From contig OZ024747.1 of NCBI GenBank assembly GCA_964016885.1, positions 44,764,001 through 44,828,000 on the forward strand: a stretch of DNA of 64,000 nt, given 5' to 3'. Source of the stretch: Eledone cirrhosa (lineage: Eukaryota). The position numbers and the translations under genes are program-made. Position 1 is the stretch's first letter, and each line of letters opens with the position of its first letter. Below, piece after piece: positions 1-12,300 of the stretch. A model generated the notes under the pieces. That model did not search any database. It was not told the origin of the DNA and saw only the letters and a list, made by a program, of their open reading frames with translations.

Positions 1-1036
1 TCAGTCATGAATAAAATCTGTTTACCAAACACCCATTTTAGTGTTGTATCTTCTCAGTCCATATAGATTGACATAAACCTATACTAGGGTTGATTTAATC
101 AACTTTACATTTCCTTCAAAAGGTGTTGACTTTGAGCTTTAATTAAAATCAATATCTTCCTTTAGGAAGACAACTCATATATGGTAGAGAATGAGCGGAA
201 CATTCAATTAAATGCCTTGATATTACTGGTCCTGAGGTGTTCTGGGTTCAAATACTACTGGACTTGCTGTTATTTGTTAATCTCCCACGGTTGATAAATT
301 GAAATACCTGTAAGAATAGGGAGTCAATTCAATTGAGTTTTTTTTTAGCCATGGCTGCCCAAGTCATATCATTGACCTAGTTGATGGTTCAAATCTCATA
401 TGAGCACATTGAGGAGGAGGTTTAATTGAAGATCTGCATTAAAGATTTCATGATCATTATAATTACTAACAGAAAAACCACCCTTCGGATGGTTTTCTGC
501 TAGCATGTGTAGTGTGCATATTGATATTATACGCAAGTATATATACATCAAATATCATCGTGATTGACAATATCCACAGAAATTGAACGAAGACTGCATT
601 ACACTCTCTTATGTAATCAGTAACGTAATCCATGATACAATAAAAAAAGACGATATTATATATATAAACTGCATTAGGAGAAAATTAGTGATGGAAATAT
701 ATGAATGTTTATCGCTAACCGGAAGTGTTAACATTTAAAAATTTTAAAGAAGTGAATCTTAAAATAAGCAACAAAATTATTTATATTTAATCAAGAATAA
801 CCAAATTTAGTAGATAAATTATGTAATATTCATTCATTATTTATCCAAAGTAATCTGACTTATTTTACAAATGGGATATATTCTGGACGCAGTCTCACAC
901 TCCTTACTTTATTATAGTTTAGATTTTCTTTGATTATTTTCTTTAACCTTTTCGTTATCATAATCTTAATTGAATAAGTATTTTGTGTTTCAATTAATTT
1001 TCAAAATCGTCAAAAATCTGGAATGATTTAGAAAAA

Positions 1037-1252
1037 TAACTGTTTCTACTTTTGACACAAGGCCAGAAATTAGAAGGGAAATGGAAGGTCTGTGAGATTT
1101 GAACTTAGAATGTAACTTGACAATATTAGCTTTGCCTTTCAGCCTTATGGGGTCAATGAAATAAAGTGCCAGTAACACACTGGAATTAATTTAATCAACT
1201 TTCCATTTCCCTTTAAATTGCTGGCCTTGTGCCAAAAGTAGAAACAATTATT
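1037..1252. mobile_element. Two decayed, oppositely oriented pieces of the Nin/Deu-domain tRNA SINE
   Basis: 1037-1110 is the reverse complement of the SINE 3' end plus B box. 1125-1250 is the + strand core (ctttgcctttca...ggggtcaatgaaataaagt) plus the 3' end (ctggccttgtgccaaaagtagaaacaatta). Confidence 0.7.
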
Positions 1253-1571
1253 TTGTTAAATCCTTTTTACAAAAATAATATATTTTCCTCATTAGGCTAG
1301 TTGTTTAATAAATAACTTTGAAAATAATTAACAATTTGGAAGAATTGAGTAAAATTACTAACTTTTTTTATTATTAAGTTGGTTTTTAGAAGATATATCA
1401 ACTAAAGTTTCTAACATAAACCTATGATGGAAAATTTTAATTTAAATATCAGTGCCTTAGCCTTGCCATCACCTGTGATAATGTTGTCAGCATAATGGCT
1501 TACCACAAAAATTTCATTGACAATTGTGATGTGTGGCTGATCGTTGCACTTGGTGGTGAACTGATGGTCAT

Positions 1572-3994
1572 TTTATAATAATAATAATGAAATTATTGTG
1601 TACAGTGCTCAGTTGCACTACAACTCACTCATCAAAGGTGCATGCATAGTACATAGAATAATATACAAATGTCAGGGAAGTGAATAGTGTATGAGTCATG
1701 ATATACATGTGTGCTTGTGTATGGAGGGGGAATATTAGGTGTAGTGTTGGCGAAGCTCAGGAGGCATGGAGATTTTAAAGGATGCAGTGTCTCGACAGCT
1801 AATAACTGATGCAGGTTATTTGTTCCATGCTTCAGCAACTCTGAGCATGAAAAAATGTTTCCGAAAGTCATGGGAGCTGTGCTGTTTTCTGACTTTGTAG
1901 GTATGCCCACATGTGTTAGACACATGGAATTCAAAAAGGTAGTCAGGGTTGTTGTTGACAAGATGGTTAATAATTTGGTGGGTGTTTACTAAGTCAGTTG
2001 CCAGACGTTGGAGCTTCAATGTATCCATGCCCAGGGAAGCAAGGCATTCAGAGTATGGTAGATGCCTGATGGACGGTATTCGCTTGGTTGCACGTCTCTG
2101 AACAGTTTCCAGGCGGTCAATGTTCTGAGCAAGATAGGGGTTCCAGACTGGTGATGCAAATTCTAAGTGTGGCCATACCATAGCTATATACAGCTTTAAA
2201 TAGATGGCTGAAGAGCGGATGACAAAGGTCTTACTCCCAAAATACATGGTGGTACACTTGTCCACAGCTAGCTTGAGTTGCCAGTCCATGATCCATTGTT
2301 GCATTGTGTCCAGGTCAGATTGCAGGCAAGATCTATAGTGTTCAGGATCTGTCCTTTTTATCTCAAGGTACAGCTTGATGTCATCTGCATATTTCAGTAC
2401 TGTGGCATTCTTTAAGTTGACATCTATGTCATTAATATATGCCACAAACAAAAGGGGGCCAAGAACATATCCCTGTGGTACACCAGATGACATCTCATAT
2501 GGTGAGGAATGAAGGACTTCAACCAGTTAAAAAGATCTTCCTTCACACCCATTGCAGAGAGTTTTGCCATAAGTCTTTTGTGGAGCACAGAATTGAAAGC
2601 TTTAGCAAAGTCAAAGTAAATAACATCCGCCCATGAGCCGCCATCAGTGATCTGGGTGATGTCTTCAAGAAACTTGATAAGTTGATCACAGCAGCTGGAA
2701 TTAGGGATAAATCCAAATTGCGAGGGCCGGATAAGACTGTGAGAGTTCCAGAAGTTTCAAAGTGTTTCTCTGACACAGGATTCCATCAGTTTGGCAATGC
2801 AGCTAGTAAGACTGACTGGACGATAGTTGACAGGTGATGTGCGGTCACCCTTTTTGAATAGAGGAATGACACTGGCAGTTTTCCAATGTTCTGGAGTAGC
2901 ACTGTTGTTCAGACAGAATTGGAAGAAGTGTGATAGCTGGTGCAGAAGGAAGTACCCACCACGTTTGAGAAGCAGGTACGTAATACCATGAAGACCAGGA
3001 GAGGCCTGGTTGCATTTATTTTTAAGGTGACGTTGCAGCATTGCAGGTATAAATTCCATAGTTGTAATAGAATCCGATGTCAGAGGTGGTGGAGATGGTA
3101 CATTTTGTTCTTCAACAGTGAAAATGCCTGCATAGCATTCAGCAATGAGTTCTGCGCATTCCTTGGGTTCGTCAATAACCTGGTTTGTGTGGGGATTGTG
3201 AAGAGGACCAACTGGAGAGTGAGGCTTCTGCTTTGAGTGAACATACTTCCAGAACACCTTTCTGTCAGGGTTGGTTGCTATGCACTGCTCAAATTCAAGC
3301 ACTGCCTTTTTTGTCACCTGCTTGAGATGGTTGGATGATTTATTTCGCTTTTTTTTTTATTGATATCTGATTTATGCAGTTTGTTCTCACGTTCAGCATT
3401 ACGACATTCTTTCCTGGCAAGATGGACTGCTGCAGATGTTTTTTCTGCTTACGTGGCACCGATGCTGCACATGCTGTCCATATTGAGTTCAGGATGTTCA
3501 GGAGTACAGTGTTGATATCTCCAGAGTCGTAGAACTCAAGCCAGTTTGGACGTTGCAGCTCAGTGCAGTAACAGTTCCAGTCTGCTTTATTCCAGTCAAA
3601 ATGAGCAGTCTGGAGATGGTTGTGGTTTTTGTTTCTGACCATGAGGGTCAGATTGGCAATGATCATAGCATGATCAGAGTCACCTAAAGGTTCCTCAGTA
3701 GTAACACTAATAACCATTTCAGGAGTAGTGGTGAAAAGTAGATCCAAAGTGTTGTCACCTCTTGTTGGGGAGGTGTCTACTTGGGACTAGTTCGACTCCA
3801 GCACTAGCTCAAGCAAATCATTTGCACTTTGTGGTCAACAAAAAGTTTCCCAGTCAATCTCAGGGTAATTGAAGTCCCCTGCAATAAAAACATAAGTGGC
3901 TGTTTTCCTGGCAGCTGTTCTGAGGATATTACAAAGTTGAGTGCCCTGATGGTAATTTGGGGGACGGTAAATGACTCCAAGTAGCAGTATTGAC
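1572..3994 (-). mobile_element. 5'-truncated, degenerate CR1-clade non-LTR retrotransposon (APE endonuclease C-terminal part + RT), (TTA)n tail
   Basis: Minus-strand ORF fragments carry APE motifs (GDFNYPEIDW, TRGDNTLDLLFT, GDSDH) and RT motifs (KKGDRTSPVNYRPVSLTSC, GVPQGYVLGPLLF, KYADD), followed by the C-terminal LEFASPVWNP..QRRATK. There are multiple frameshifts. An ATT-repeat tail lies at ~1572-1590, and the direct repeat ATGGTCAT at 1564-1571 and 3995-4002 is a candidate TSD. Confidence 0.92.
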
Positions 3995-4648
3995 ATGGTC
4001 ATACATATATATTGCAGAAAAATACTTCTTGCTGCGATTGGTTCAAATCAACACAAGGAATTGCTGAAAAATGGTTCTGTTTCCTCCTGTGTTTTCTTTC
4101 TCTCACTCTGATCATATATTTGGGTGCATTATATTTGTGAGGTTCCTAGCAATTTATTATATGCATTTATATTTGTGTTTATATTTTCATTCTGATAGAA
4201 TTCTGAACAATCTTTAATATTATTTTACATCATAGAACCAATAGTAGTTTTCAACAGTTTAATATCAAAAGGATTAATAAATCTGATCCAAGCAATGTTG
4301 AATGAATTAGATGATAATAGTCCTTTACATATAAGCAAAGTAACTATTGAAATAGATATAATATTGTACTAGAATCTGCAAAGGTGTAAAAGTTTGAAAC
4401 TCATCACTCACTTATCAACCACGAGCTAAAGATACAATTATCCAGTTTATTATTCAATCTGCCATTTTACTTTTATAAAAGAGAGTCTATTTTTGTTGAT
4501 ATTTCATTAAAATTAACCAGAATGTGACAGTTTGATGAGAAGGTGAAAGAACATTCGTAACACATTTTGCAAATGTTAGCAGTAGAAATAACATAATGTT
4601 CTTCTCCAGCAGAAGTTTTATACATTCTTTACTCAATACTGAGTAATA

Positions 4649-4698
4649 AATGTTACTGATGATGGATTGAAAATCCTGAAATATTAGCGTCTGGTATT
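4649..4698 (+). ncRNA. Degenerate type-I hammerhead ribozyme-like motif
   Basis: aatgtta-CTGATGA-t-ggatt/gaa/aatcc-t-GAAA-tattagc-GTC-tggtatt. Both core boxes are intact and stem II has 5 bp. Stems I and III pair only through G-U wobbles, consistent with CpG decay. Confidence 0.55.
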
Positions 4699-5560
4699 AT
4701 CACACAGCTACTGAGATAGTTGTGACATGATCACAGTTATAAACATTCGAAGTAAGATGTATATGTTCATTTGATATAAACAGATCGTTTATGTCTTCAT
4801 ATGCACCTCTATTATGCCAATTTACAAAATCTGAATCAATATAGGATGGTTAACCACCAAAAACTGCAGAATAGAAGAGTTTTTATAACAATCATTAATG
4901 ATAATTTGAATATTAATTCATATTTGTGGAGTTTATTAAATTTTTATTAAGTGATTTTGAATTTGTGATGTATTATATTTGCAAATATTAATATAAGTGA
5001 AGATCAGTAATTATATTGTTGTAAAGGAAAATTGAGAATGACTCTAACTATGTAAACTAATTTAGAAATATTATATTAACTGGTATGTTTGTTGGCCTGC
5101 AGATATTATTGTCTATTTAAAGTAGATCTTATGATTAATGCGTAATTAATTCTAGTGTTTCACATTATTCATTTCAATCTATTGATACACATGCCACTGG
5201 AGAAACACATATTAATTCAGCCTTTTGTATTGCATGTATCAAAAGGATAAATCCTTTAATAATAACTGCCGCAGCAGCAACCACGCCACCTCTGTCGTCA
5301 CCACCACCACCATAGCAACAACAACAACAACAACAACTATGACAACAATAACTATAAAAATAATAACTGTAATAATAATAATAATAATAATAATAAGGAT
5401 AATAATAATTGCATATAATGAAATTGAGTGCGTTTTAGTTGGGATGAAATTTAACAGGAAATGTTTTCATTTACAGATAAACTGAAACAATGTGTCAGCA
5501 ATCAAACCACTATTTAACAACAATATCTCCATCTCTCTCTCTTCCTCTTTCTTCCCCTCA

Positions 5561-5609
<49 letters not shown>

Positions 5610-7187
5610 TAGTATATTACTATCTCTTTAACTGACTTTTCAGGGCAATGTCTATTGAAGTACATCTTACATAGTCCCTTCGGCTCCATGACTCTAATAG
5701 TTTGAACCAATTAGGTTGTTGATGTAAGATAGTATCAAAAGAATTTAGCAATAAACACTCATTATAACATTATAGTATTTTGGCCATGATAAAAGAACTG
5801 GAGTGATCTTCTGACAAAGCGAAAGACAATAAGCATTATAGCCTCATTCATGTGTTTCCTACTTATATGGCCAACAGGAATGAAGTTCTGTAATTACAAC
5901 TTCTATCATTATGAACTCTAATTCATTTCTACAAATTCTCATTGTTCTTCTTTCAAGTATTATCTGTTGTCAAAGCATAAAGTATTCTTATTGCCATAAC
6001 TTGTCTTGTGACTGGGAGTCAAGGAGTTTGTAAGCTTAAGTTCTTCGATTAATTTGAGACCTTTGGCATAAAAAGACAGCAGAGTACTTGACTTTGGCTT
6101 CAATTGATTGAATCGCCCATCATATTCCCCAAGAGGTCAATGTGGCTGGATATATTAGCAACAACTAGGAACTGTATTTCAATTGCTTTGTTCAACTTCC
6201 ACATGATGCAAATTTTGGTCAATGTTATAGGATATTAGTTAGAAAGTTAGTTTACAAAATCATCCAGCTTGATTGCTTGTTTGTGATTATGGAGAAATGT
6301 AAAGGAGATTTAAGCAATCCTGTGAACGTTAAACAAGTCACAAGAATAGTCTAGTACAAGAGGTGGGGGTAGCTGATTACCAAGAAATGGTAAAGTGGTA
6401 GAGTAGTAGACCTCCTTCAACCATATTTCAGTAGTATAATTTGCTTGAAATCGTAATTGATATTATAGAAATATTTTCTGTATTTTCAACCAAAATTCTA
6501 TTTGGAGACAATGATTTGATGACAAAAGTTCTTTACTTTCTGAAAGTTTGATAAAACCATTTTATCATTTTGTTATAATCATTTACTTTAGAAAGTTTTT
6601 TGGGGATCTATTATTACTTTTGGATTAAATAAAGGTAAATGACATCTTAAAAAACTATACAAATTTGATTTTATAAACCATTTATATCTTATAGTGCATT
6701 GACTTTTAACATTTTTATTCCTGTCAGAAACGTCTGTTCTGTATACAAGATTTTTAACTTTGATATTACATTAATATTGCGGCCAAAATATACAATTACT
6801 ATTTTAACTATATTACTTAAAATATTGGAATTTATGTTTTCCATGAATGCTAGAATTAGAATCAAAACTATAAAGACAAAAAATACAAGGAATTTAATGT
6901 ATATTTAAAGGTTGAACAGAGACATGTTATTCATGATTGCATTAACTCTTTTAGTATAATCCAGGATTAGCTGTTAAAGAGACATCTGATGTGCTATCAA
7001 ACACCATTGGCTGATTATAGGCAATCTAGTCAATGTTTTGTTACTTTAGTAAGTCTAATCAGTGATATAATAGGTTCCATGTTGTAGTAAATATAAAGTA
7101 AATATTAAATCAAGGTCAGCTTATCATTATGAGATAAACATGAATATTTTTCTTTTATGATTTTTATATATGACAAGTATGTATGTG

Positions 7188-7480
7188 TGAAGGTGTGTGG
7201 CTATGCATTTGGCTCCCAACCGTAAGGTTGTGAGTTCAGTTCCTGGCAGCACATTGTATCCTTGAGCAAGACACTTTATTTCATGTTGCTCCAGTCCACT
7301 CAGCTATCAAAAATGAGTTGTACCCATAGTTCAAAGGGTCAGCCTTGTCCTGTTAGGTGTTATGCTGAATCTCCCAGAGAACTATGTTAAGGGTATGCTT
7401 GTCTGTGGAATACTCAATCACTTGCATGTTAATTGATTAGATCAGTTGGATCACTTGTCATTGTAACTGATGGAGTGCCT
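7188..7480 (+). mobile_element. tRNA-derived SINE (second family, ccttgagcaagacacttt core), decayed
   Basis: B-box-like gagttcagttcc. The core ccttgagcaagacactttatttcatgttgctccagtccactcag is shared with the copies at 14928 and 60926, but the 3' half differs. Confidence 0.7.
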
Positions 7481-7519
7481 CCTTTCATGTATGTATGTAA
7501 CTATACCTTCTAGTAGTGT

Positions 7520-7781
7520 TGAGGGAGTTTAGTGAGTTGGTCACAGGCTTATTTACTTTGGAAAACACCACTGCAGGCCAACCACTAATTTGATTCGATA
7601 CAGATATAATAAGATTATAACAAACTCGCTCGTGAGTGAACTGCCCAAGAGCCGGTTGGCAAAAAGCCAAGATGTCTCTTTTCTCCCTCCTTTATAATTC
7701 CTAGACCAGAAGTTCAAGGAATCCTCTAGAATTCAACAGGAAGTAACCCCAGCTACTTCCCTTTGTCTAGAGAATGCTTCA
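7520..7781 (-). mobile_element. Putative 3' LTR of a Gypsy/Ty3 retrotransposon
   Basis: On the minus strand a polypurine tract GAGAGGGGAG (7794-7785) precedes TGAAG at 7781. A TATAAA lies at ~7696-7691, and the segment ends ...CCTCA near 7520. It sits downstream of the integrase fragment. Confidence 0.55.
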
Positions 7782-7900
7782 AGACTCCCCTCTCAGACGA
7801 GAAGTCGAATGACCAACCGAAGGTCATTGTAGCGAGAGAAAAAGTGTTAATGCTAACAGGGGCTAAACATACGCAGTTTTTGACAGTTTACTTGGCCATT

Positions 7901-8340
7901 TCACTGCTCTGCCACTTCATGTGACATAAGGTTGTGTGGTATGTGGTGTTTGCAGTGGAGTGTATGTATGAGTATGTCAGGCAGTGTAATGAGACTTTCA
8001 GAGAAAGCCTTCTTTGATCTGTCAACGGATATTATCTCTTTTCGACCATTGACAGCCACTGTAAAGTGTTTTCGTGTGTGCGAAAGCACACGAAAAGGTC
8101 CTTTATAGGGTGACGTAAGCGGTCCCTTGACGGAATCATTCCGTATAAAAATGTGTGCCCAACGTAGAGATGTCCGATGGGACAGCAGAAGAAATAGACT
8201 GGTCACAAGGGTTCATTGGTGAAAGATCCGAGAAATTCGAACGAATCCTGGTGACATATGATGCTGGGTCAAGATGCGATGAATCCACCGGTGCTAACAT
8301 TTGTCCAGGAAGAGTCAATGGGGTATCATACTGACATACA
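7901..8340 (-). mobile_element. Gypsy/Ty3 integrase C-terminal fragment (GPY/F motif), frameshifted
   Basis: Y..PLTLPGQML ... HIFIRNDSVKGPLTSPYKGPFRVL...FTVAVNGRKEIISVDRSKKAF is the typical Gypsy integrase GPY/F region. Confidence 0.85.
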
Positions 8341-8467
8341 ATGTGTCTTGGGTAATTTAAACTTGGCAGAATATATCTCTTCCCTAGTTTGAACACAGCC
8401 AATTTTTCCAGAGTAGGAGAGGGAGTGATAGAGAAGAAGTAAGAAAGAGATATAAAGGAAGAATCAA

Positions 8468-8608
8468 CTTTAGTACCAGATTAAGTCTTTTTTTTATTGA
8501 CCTCAAAATGCTGAAAGGTAAATTTGACATCAGTGGGATTTGAACTCAGAACATAGAGAGCTAGAACAGCAATCTATCTGACATTTTAATGACTTTGACA
8601 ATTCACCA
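8468..8608 (-). mobile_element. Decayed Nin/Deu-domain tRNA SINE
   Basis: Reverse complement of the B box (gggatttgaactcaga) and of the core (tttattgacc...tgaaaggtaaatttgac). Confidence 0.65.
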
Positions 8609-8633
8609 TATATATGACAAGTATTATTTGACT

Positions 8634-8912
8634 TGAATTGGCAGTATTGGTAGAGGATCAGACATGCTTTCCAACGTAGTTACGTCCCTTTGCGATCTGA
8701 GTTCAAATCCCGCCGAGGTCAACTTTGCCTTTCATCCTTACGGGGTCAATAAAATAAAGTACCAGTAAGGCACTGGGTAATTGCTGGCCTTGTGCCTAAA
8801 GTAGAAACAATTATTTGACTTTGTATTTCATCCTTACGGGGTCGATAAAATAAAGTACCAGTAATGCACTGGGTAATTGCTGGCCTTGTGCCTAAAAGTA
8901 GAAACAATTATT
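8634..8912 (+). mobile_element. Nin/Deu-domain tRNA SINE (short-3' variant) followed by a tandem duplicate of its 3' half
   Basis: A-box-like tggcagtattgg, B box gagttcaaatcc and core gccgaggtcaactttgcctttcatccttacggggtcaataaaataaagtaccag. The stretch 8822-8912 repeats the 3' half. Confidence 0.85.
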
Positions 8913-9054
8913 TATGAAATAGTTATTACGTATTTTGAATGTATGTTAGCTCAAAGTTAACTGCTTCAATGTAGGTTTTTGACTATGAAAAATTGTCAAA
9001 CACCAAAGCAAAGCTGACTACCCTCCCTTCATTTTAAAGCCTTATCTTTCAGCC

Positions 9055-9270
9055 AGTGGATATAAACAGCATTAGAGCATCAGACACCATGCCTTGCAGC
9101 ATGTAGTTTTGGCCCTTTACATTATCAGTTCATATCCCGCTGAGGTTAGCTTTGCCTTTCATCCTTATGTAGTCAATAAAATAAAGTACCAGTAATGCAC
9201 TGGGGTTGATTTAATCGATTTTCTCTTTCCTTCAAATTGCTGACCTTGTGCCAAAAATAGAAACAAATAT
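9055..9270 (+). mobile_element. Nin/Deu-domain tRNA SINE (long-3' variant)
   Basis: Same head and core. The 3' part contains ggggttgatttaatcgattttc..ttcaaattgctgaccttgtgcc. Confidence 0.8.
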
Positions 9271-10467
9271 TTGTTCCAGCTATCTGCTCTCTGAGTTCAA
9301 ATCCTTTAAAGGTTGATAAGATATACCAATCCAATATTGGCAGAATTATCAGAATATTGGATGATATGGTTTATAGTATTTGCTCCAGCTCCTTGCATTC
9401 TGAATTGATATCCCACTATAGCCTATTTGGGTGGTAGACTTATTCCAGCACCCAGTTTAACACTACCATCTGATTCTTAAGTGACTTTGGTATAGTCTAA
9501 TCTAATGCAAGCAGTCAAATGATATCTCCCACCCTCGCATCAGTCTCTGAAAATGGTTATGAGCATTGCCCTTCTTCTCTGACTAATTTCTTTTTTACAG
9601 CTGAATGCTCTCCTTAACATCTACCACTTTACAGCTTGGACTAAAAAACATTTAATCATGCCCTTAGAAAGTCTTGTCCACCCTAAGTTATTTGTGTTCA
9701 GCTCTTCATTTTTGGCTTGGTTTTTACAACAAGATGCCCTTCATAACACAAACCCTCTATAGTATAGACTGAGTGTAGCTTATTGTACCAATAGTAATGA
9801 ACTGGGATATTTAGTACACAGTCATAATAATGAGGTCTGAGATCTTGTTGATCATTTCCTCCATAATGATAATGAAGGAGTTAAATATAGGTTTACTGTA
9901 TTACAAAGAATGTGAAGATAAGGTAATGGAAGGTTAATGAAGAATATCATTAGTGTGGGTGTTTAATAGGAATTGAAATGGCTGACAGTGGTAGTGGTGG
10001 TGGTGGGGGGTTACGGAATTAGTTGAAACTTAAAACATTAACTGAAGTGTCGTGTTCATGGGTGGGTGAATAATGTAATTAATATAGATCACATGTGTTA
10101 GGGGATGACTGGGGTATGTCATTACTATAGACCTATATTTGGTAATGTGTTAGGGGAGGGCTGGAGTATGTTGTTACTATATTTGCAATTGGTTACGAAA
10201 GAAAATCTGATTGGTAATTAGAGCATTGTGACAATCAGAGCATAAATAAGGTTAGTTAAATTTTGAATGATAAAGTTAATAATAATTAATAGAGCACTCA
10301 ATTAGGGCGACATTAAAAGCTGAACATTGGCAAGTTTACAAACTTAATTACTTTTACTCAGTGTATGTTATTTATACACTTACTTTGCAATTTTACTTTT
10401 TCTCTGTGTATGTGAGGGGATCTAACATGATATACCATTATATTAACAATTATATTAACATGTGAGA

Positions 10468-10658
10468 GCAGTGGATTGGCAGAGTTGATAGAATATCAGA
10501 CAAATGCTTAATGGTATTTGTTCTAAGTTCAAATCCCGCTGAGGTCAACTTAGCCTTTTATACTACCTAGGTCAATAAAATAAAGTACCAGTGAAGTACT
10601 AGGGTTGATATAATTGACTTCCCTTTTCCCACAAATTTATGACCTTGTGTTAGAAACC
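10468..10658 (+). mobile_element. Nin/Deu-domain tRNA SINE with ~19-bp TSD
   Basis: Head gtggattggcagagttg, B box and core. It is flanked by attatat(t/a)aacatgtgaga at 10449-10467 and 10659-10677. Confidence 0.85.
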
Positions 10659-10799
10659 ATTATATAAACATGTGAGATTTTGTTATAAAAAATGTTGAAT
10701 TTTACCAGATTTAATGTTTATTTTCCATGGTTGCTTGCGTTAGACAGACTGTCACATTCTGAGACTAGGCACATCTTAAGTTGTATGCTCTGTTTTTGA

Positions 10800-11160
10800 C
10801 TTGCTTTCTTTTCATGGCTGGATGCCCTTCCTAATTGGGTACTTGGTTTGGCATAAGTAAGACCACCTTACAGAGTGGAGTGGGAGATTTTTGTCCTGGC
10901 ACCAACACTATTACTTTAGAGATAGGACAGGGTCATTTTATCATGGCACCAACACTAATACTTTACAGAGTGGATTTGGAGAATTTTATCATGGCTTGAG
11001 CACTAGCCTCTTAAAAAAATATAGAGCAACATGTATATATATATATATATAAATCATCATCACCATTATCATCGTTTAACGTTCATTTTCCATAGTAGCA
11101 TGGGCTAGAGGGGTTGTCTCATTAGAGGCAAGTTGGGTCAGGTGACCGTGTCTTGCTCAT
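10800..11160 (-). mobile_element. Decayed RTE 3'UTR-type fragments
   Basis: gctggatgcccttcctaa, internal ...tttacagagtgga... repeats, and a (CAT)n-gtttaacgttc end shared with the RTE at 12301. Confidence 0.6.
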
Positions 11161-11343
11161 ATGTACAGAAATGTACACAATCACGCACACACATGTAAAT
11201 ACTCAAACAGAAATAATTACTGTAAAAACTTACTTATATTCTGATGTGTAATTCACACATACATACACATACAAACATACGTACATACACATACTCAAAC
11301 ATAGAAACAATCATAGTAAAAAACTCATTATCTAAGACCTATA

Positions 11344-11446
<103 letters not shown>

Positions 11447-11491
11447 TACAAATACACACTTACACAAATAAACAAAGAAACACAGAAGGTG

Positions 11492-11580
<89 letters not shown>
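11492..11580. repeat. (GA)n microsatellite with a short (GC)n interruption
   Basis: Seen directly in the sequence. Confidence 0.98.
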
Positions 11581-11584
<4 letters not shown>

Positions 11585-12133
11585 ATTCATGATGGAAATA
11601 ACTGTAATTATTTTGTAGCAAGGAAACCAGTAAATAGTTGAGTCATATATAAATAAAGAATTTAGTTAAAATCACTCCAGTTTCTCTGGATGCCAATATA
11701 ATTACCAGCACTAGTTGGGTACTTCAATCAGACACAGTAGTTTTGGTAGTTCTTCAACAGGTAAAAATACCCACGGAAAGGAGAACAAAATAAATAGCTT
11801 CGAATGGAAGACTAATGTGCAACTAGAAACATATCTAGTAGTTAGAAAATACATCTTACTTTTTTATTCTTTGTTTTTGTAATTTACCTTGATAATTATT
11901 TTTCACTCCTGTTTCTTTTTTTACCTTTTTAGATAAGAAAGAGAAATGTATTATTTTTGTTAATTTTTCTTGTTTTATTTTCTGTTTTTTTTTTAATATC
12001 CGATACTATCCAGGGTGTTGTAGGTGGTGTAAAAAGGGAAAAATTATAGAATGAAACAAGTGAATGATGTACGGAAAAAATTTGGAAAAAAACCTAACAC
12101 AAAAAATATAGTAAGAAAAAATATAGAGCAACA

Positions 12134-12179
<46 letters not shown>

Positions 12180-12183
12180 TTAT

Positions 12184-12286
12184 GAGGTTAACTTTGCCTT
12201 TCATCCTTACGGGGTCGATAAAATAAAGTACTAGTAATGCACTGGGTAATTGCTGGCCTTGTGCCAAAAGTAGAAACAATTATTAT
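12184..12286 (+). mobile_element. 5'-truncated Nin/Deu-domain SINE inside (TA)n
   Basis: Only the core and the short-variant 3' end are present. Confidence 0.8.
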
Positions 12287-12300
12287 AAATATATATATAT

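Noticed and set aside
466-503. Stem-loop ctaacagaaaaaccaccc-ttc-ggatggttttctgctag
   Set aside because: A single short imperfect hairpin with no family or context to support a function.
5630-6480. Non-repetitive, moderately GC stretch as a possible exon or TE relic
   Set aside because: No ORF of 60 aa or more and no recognisable motif.
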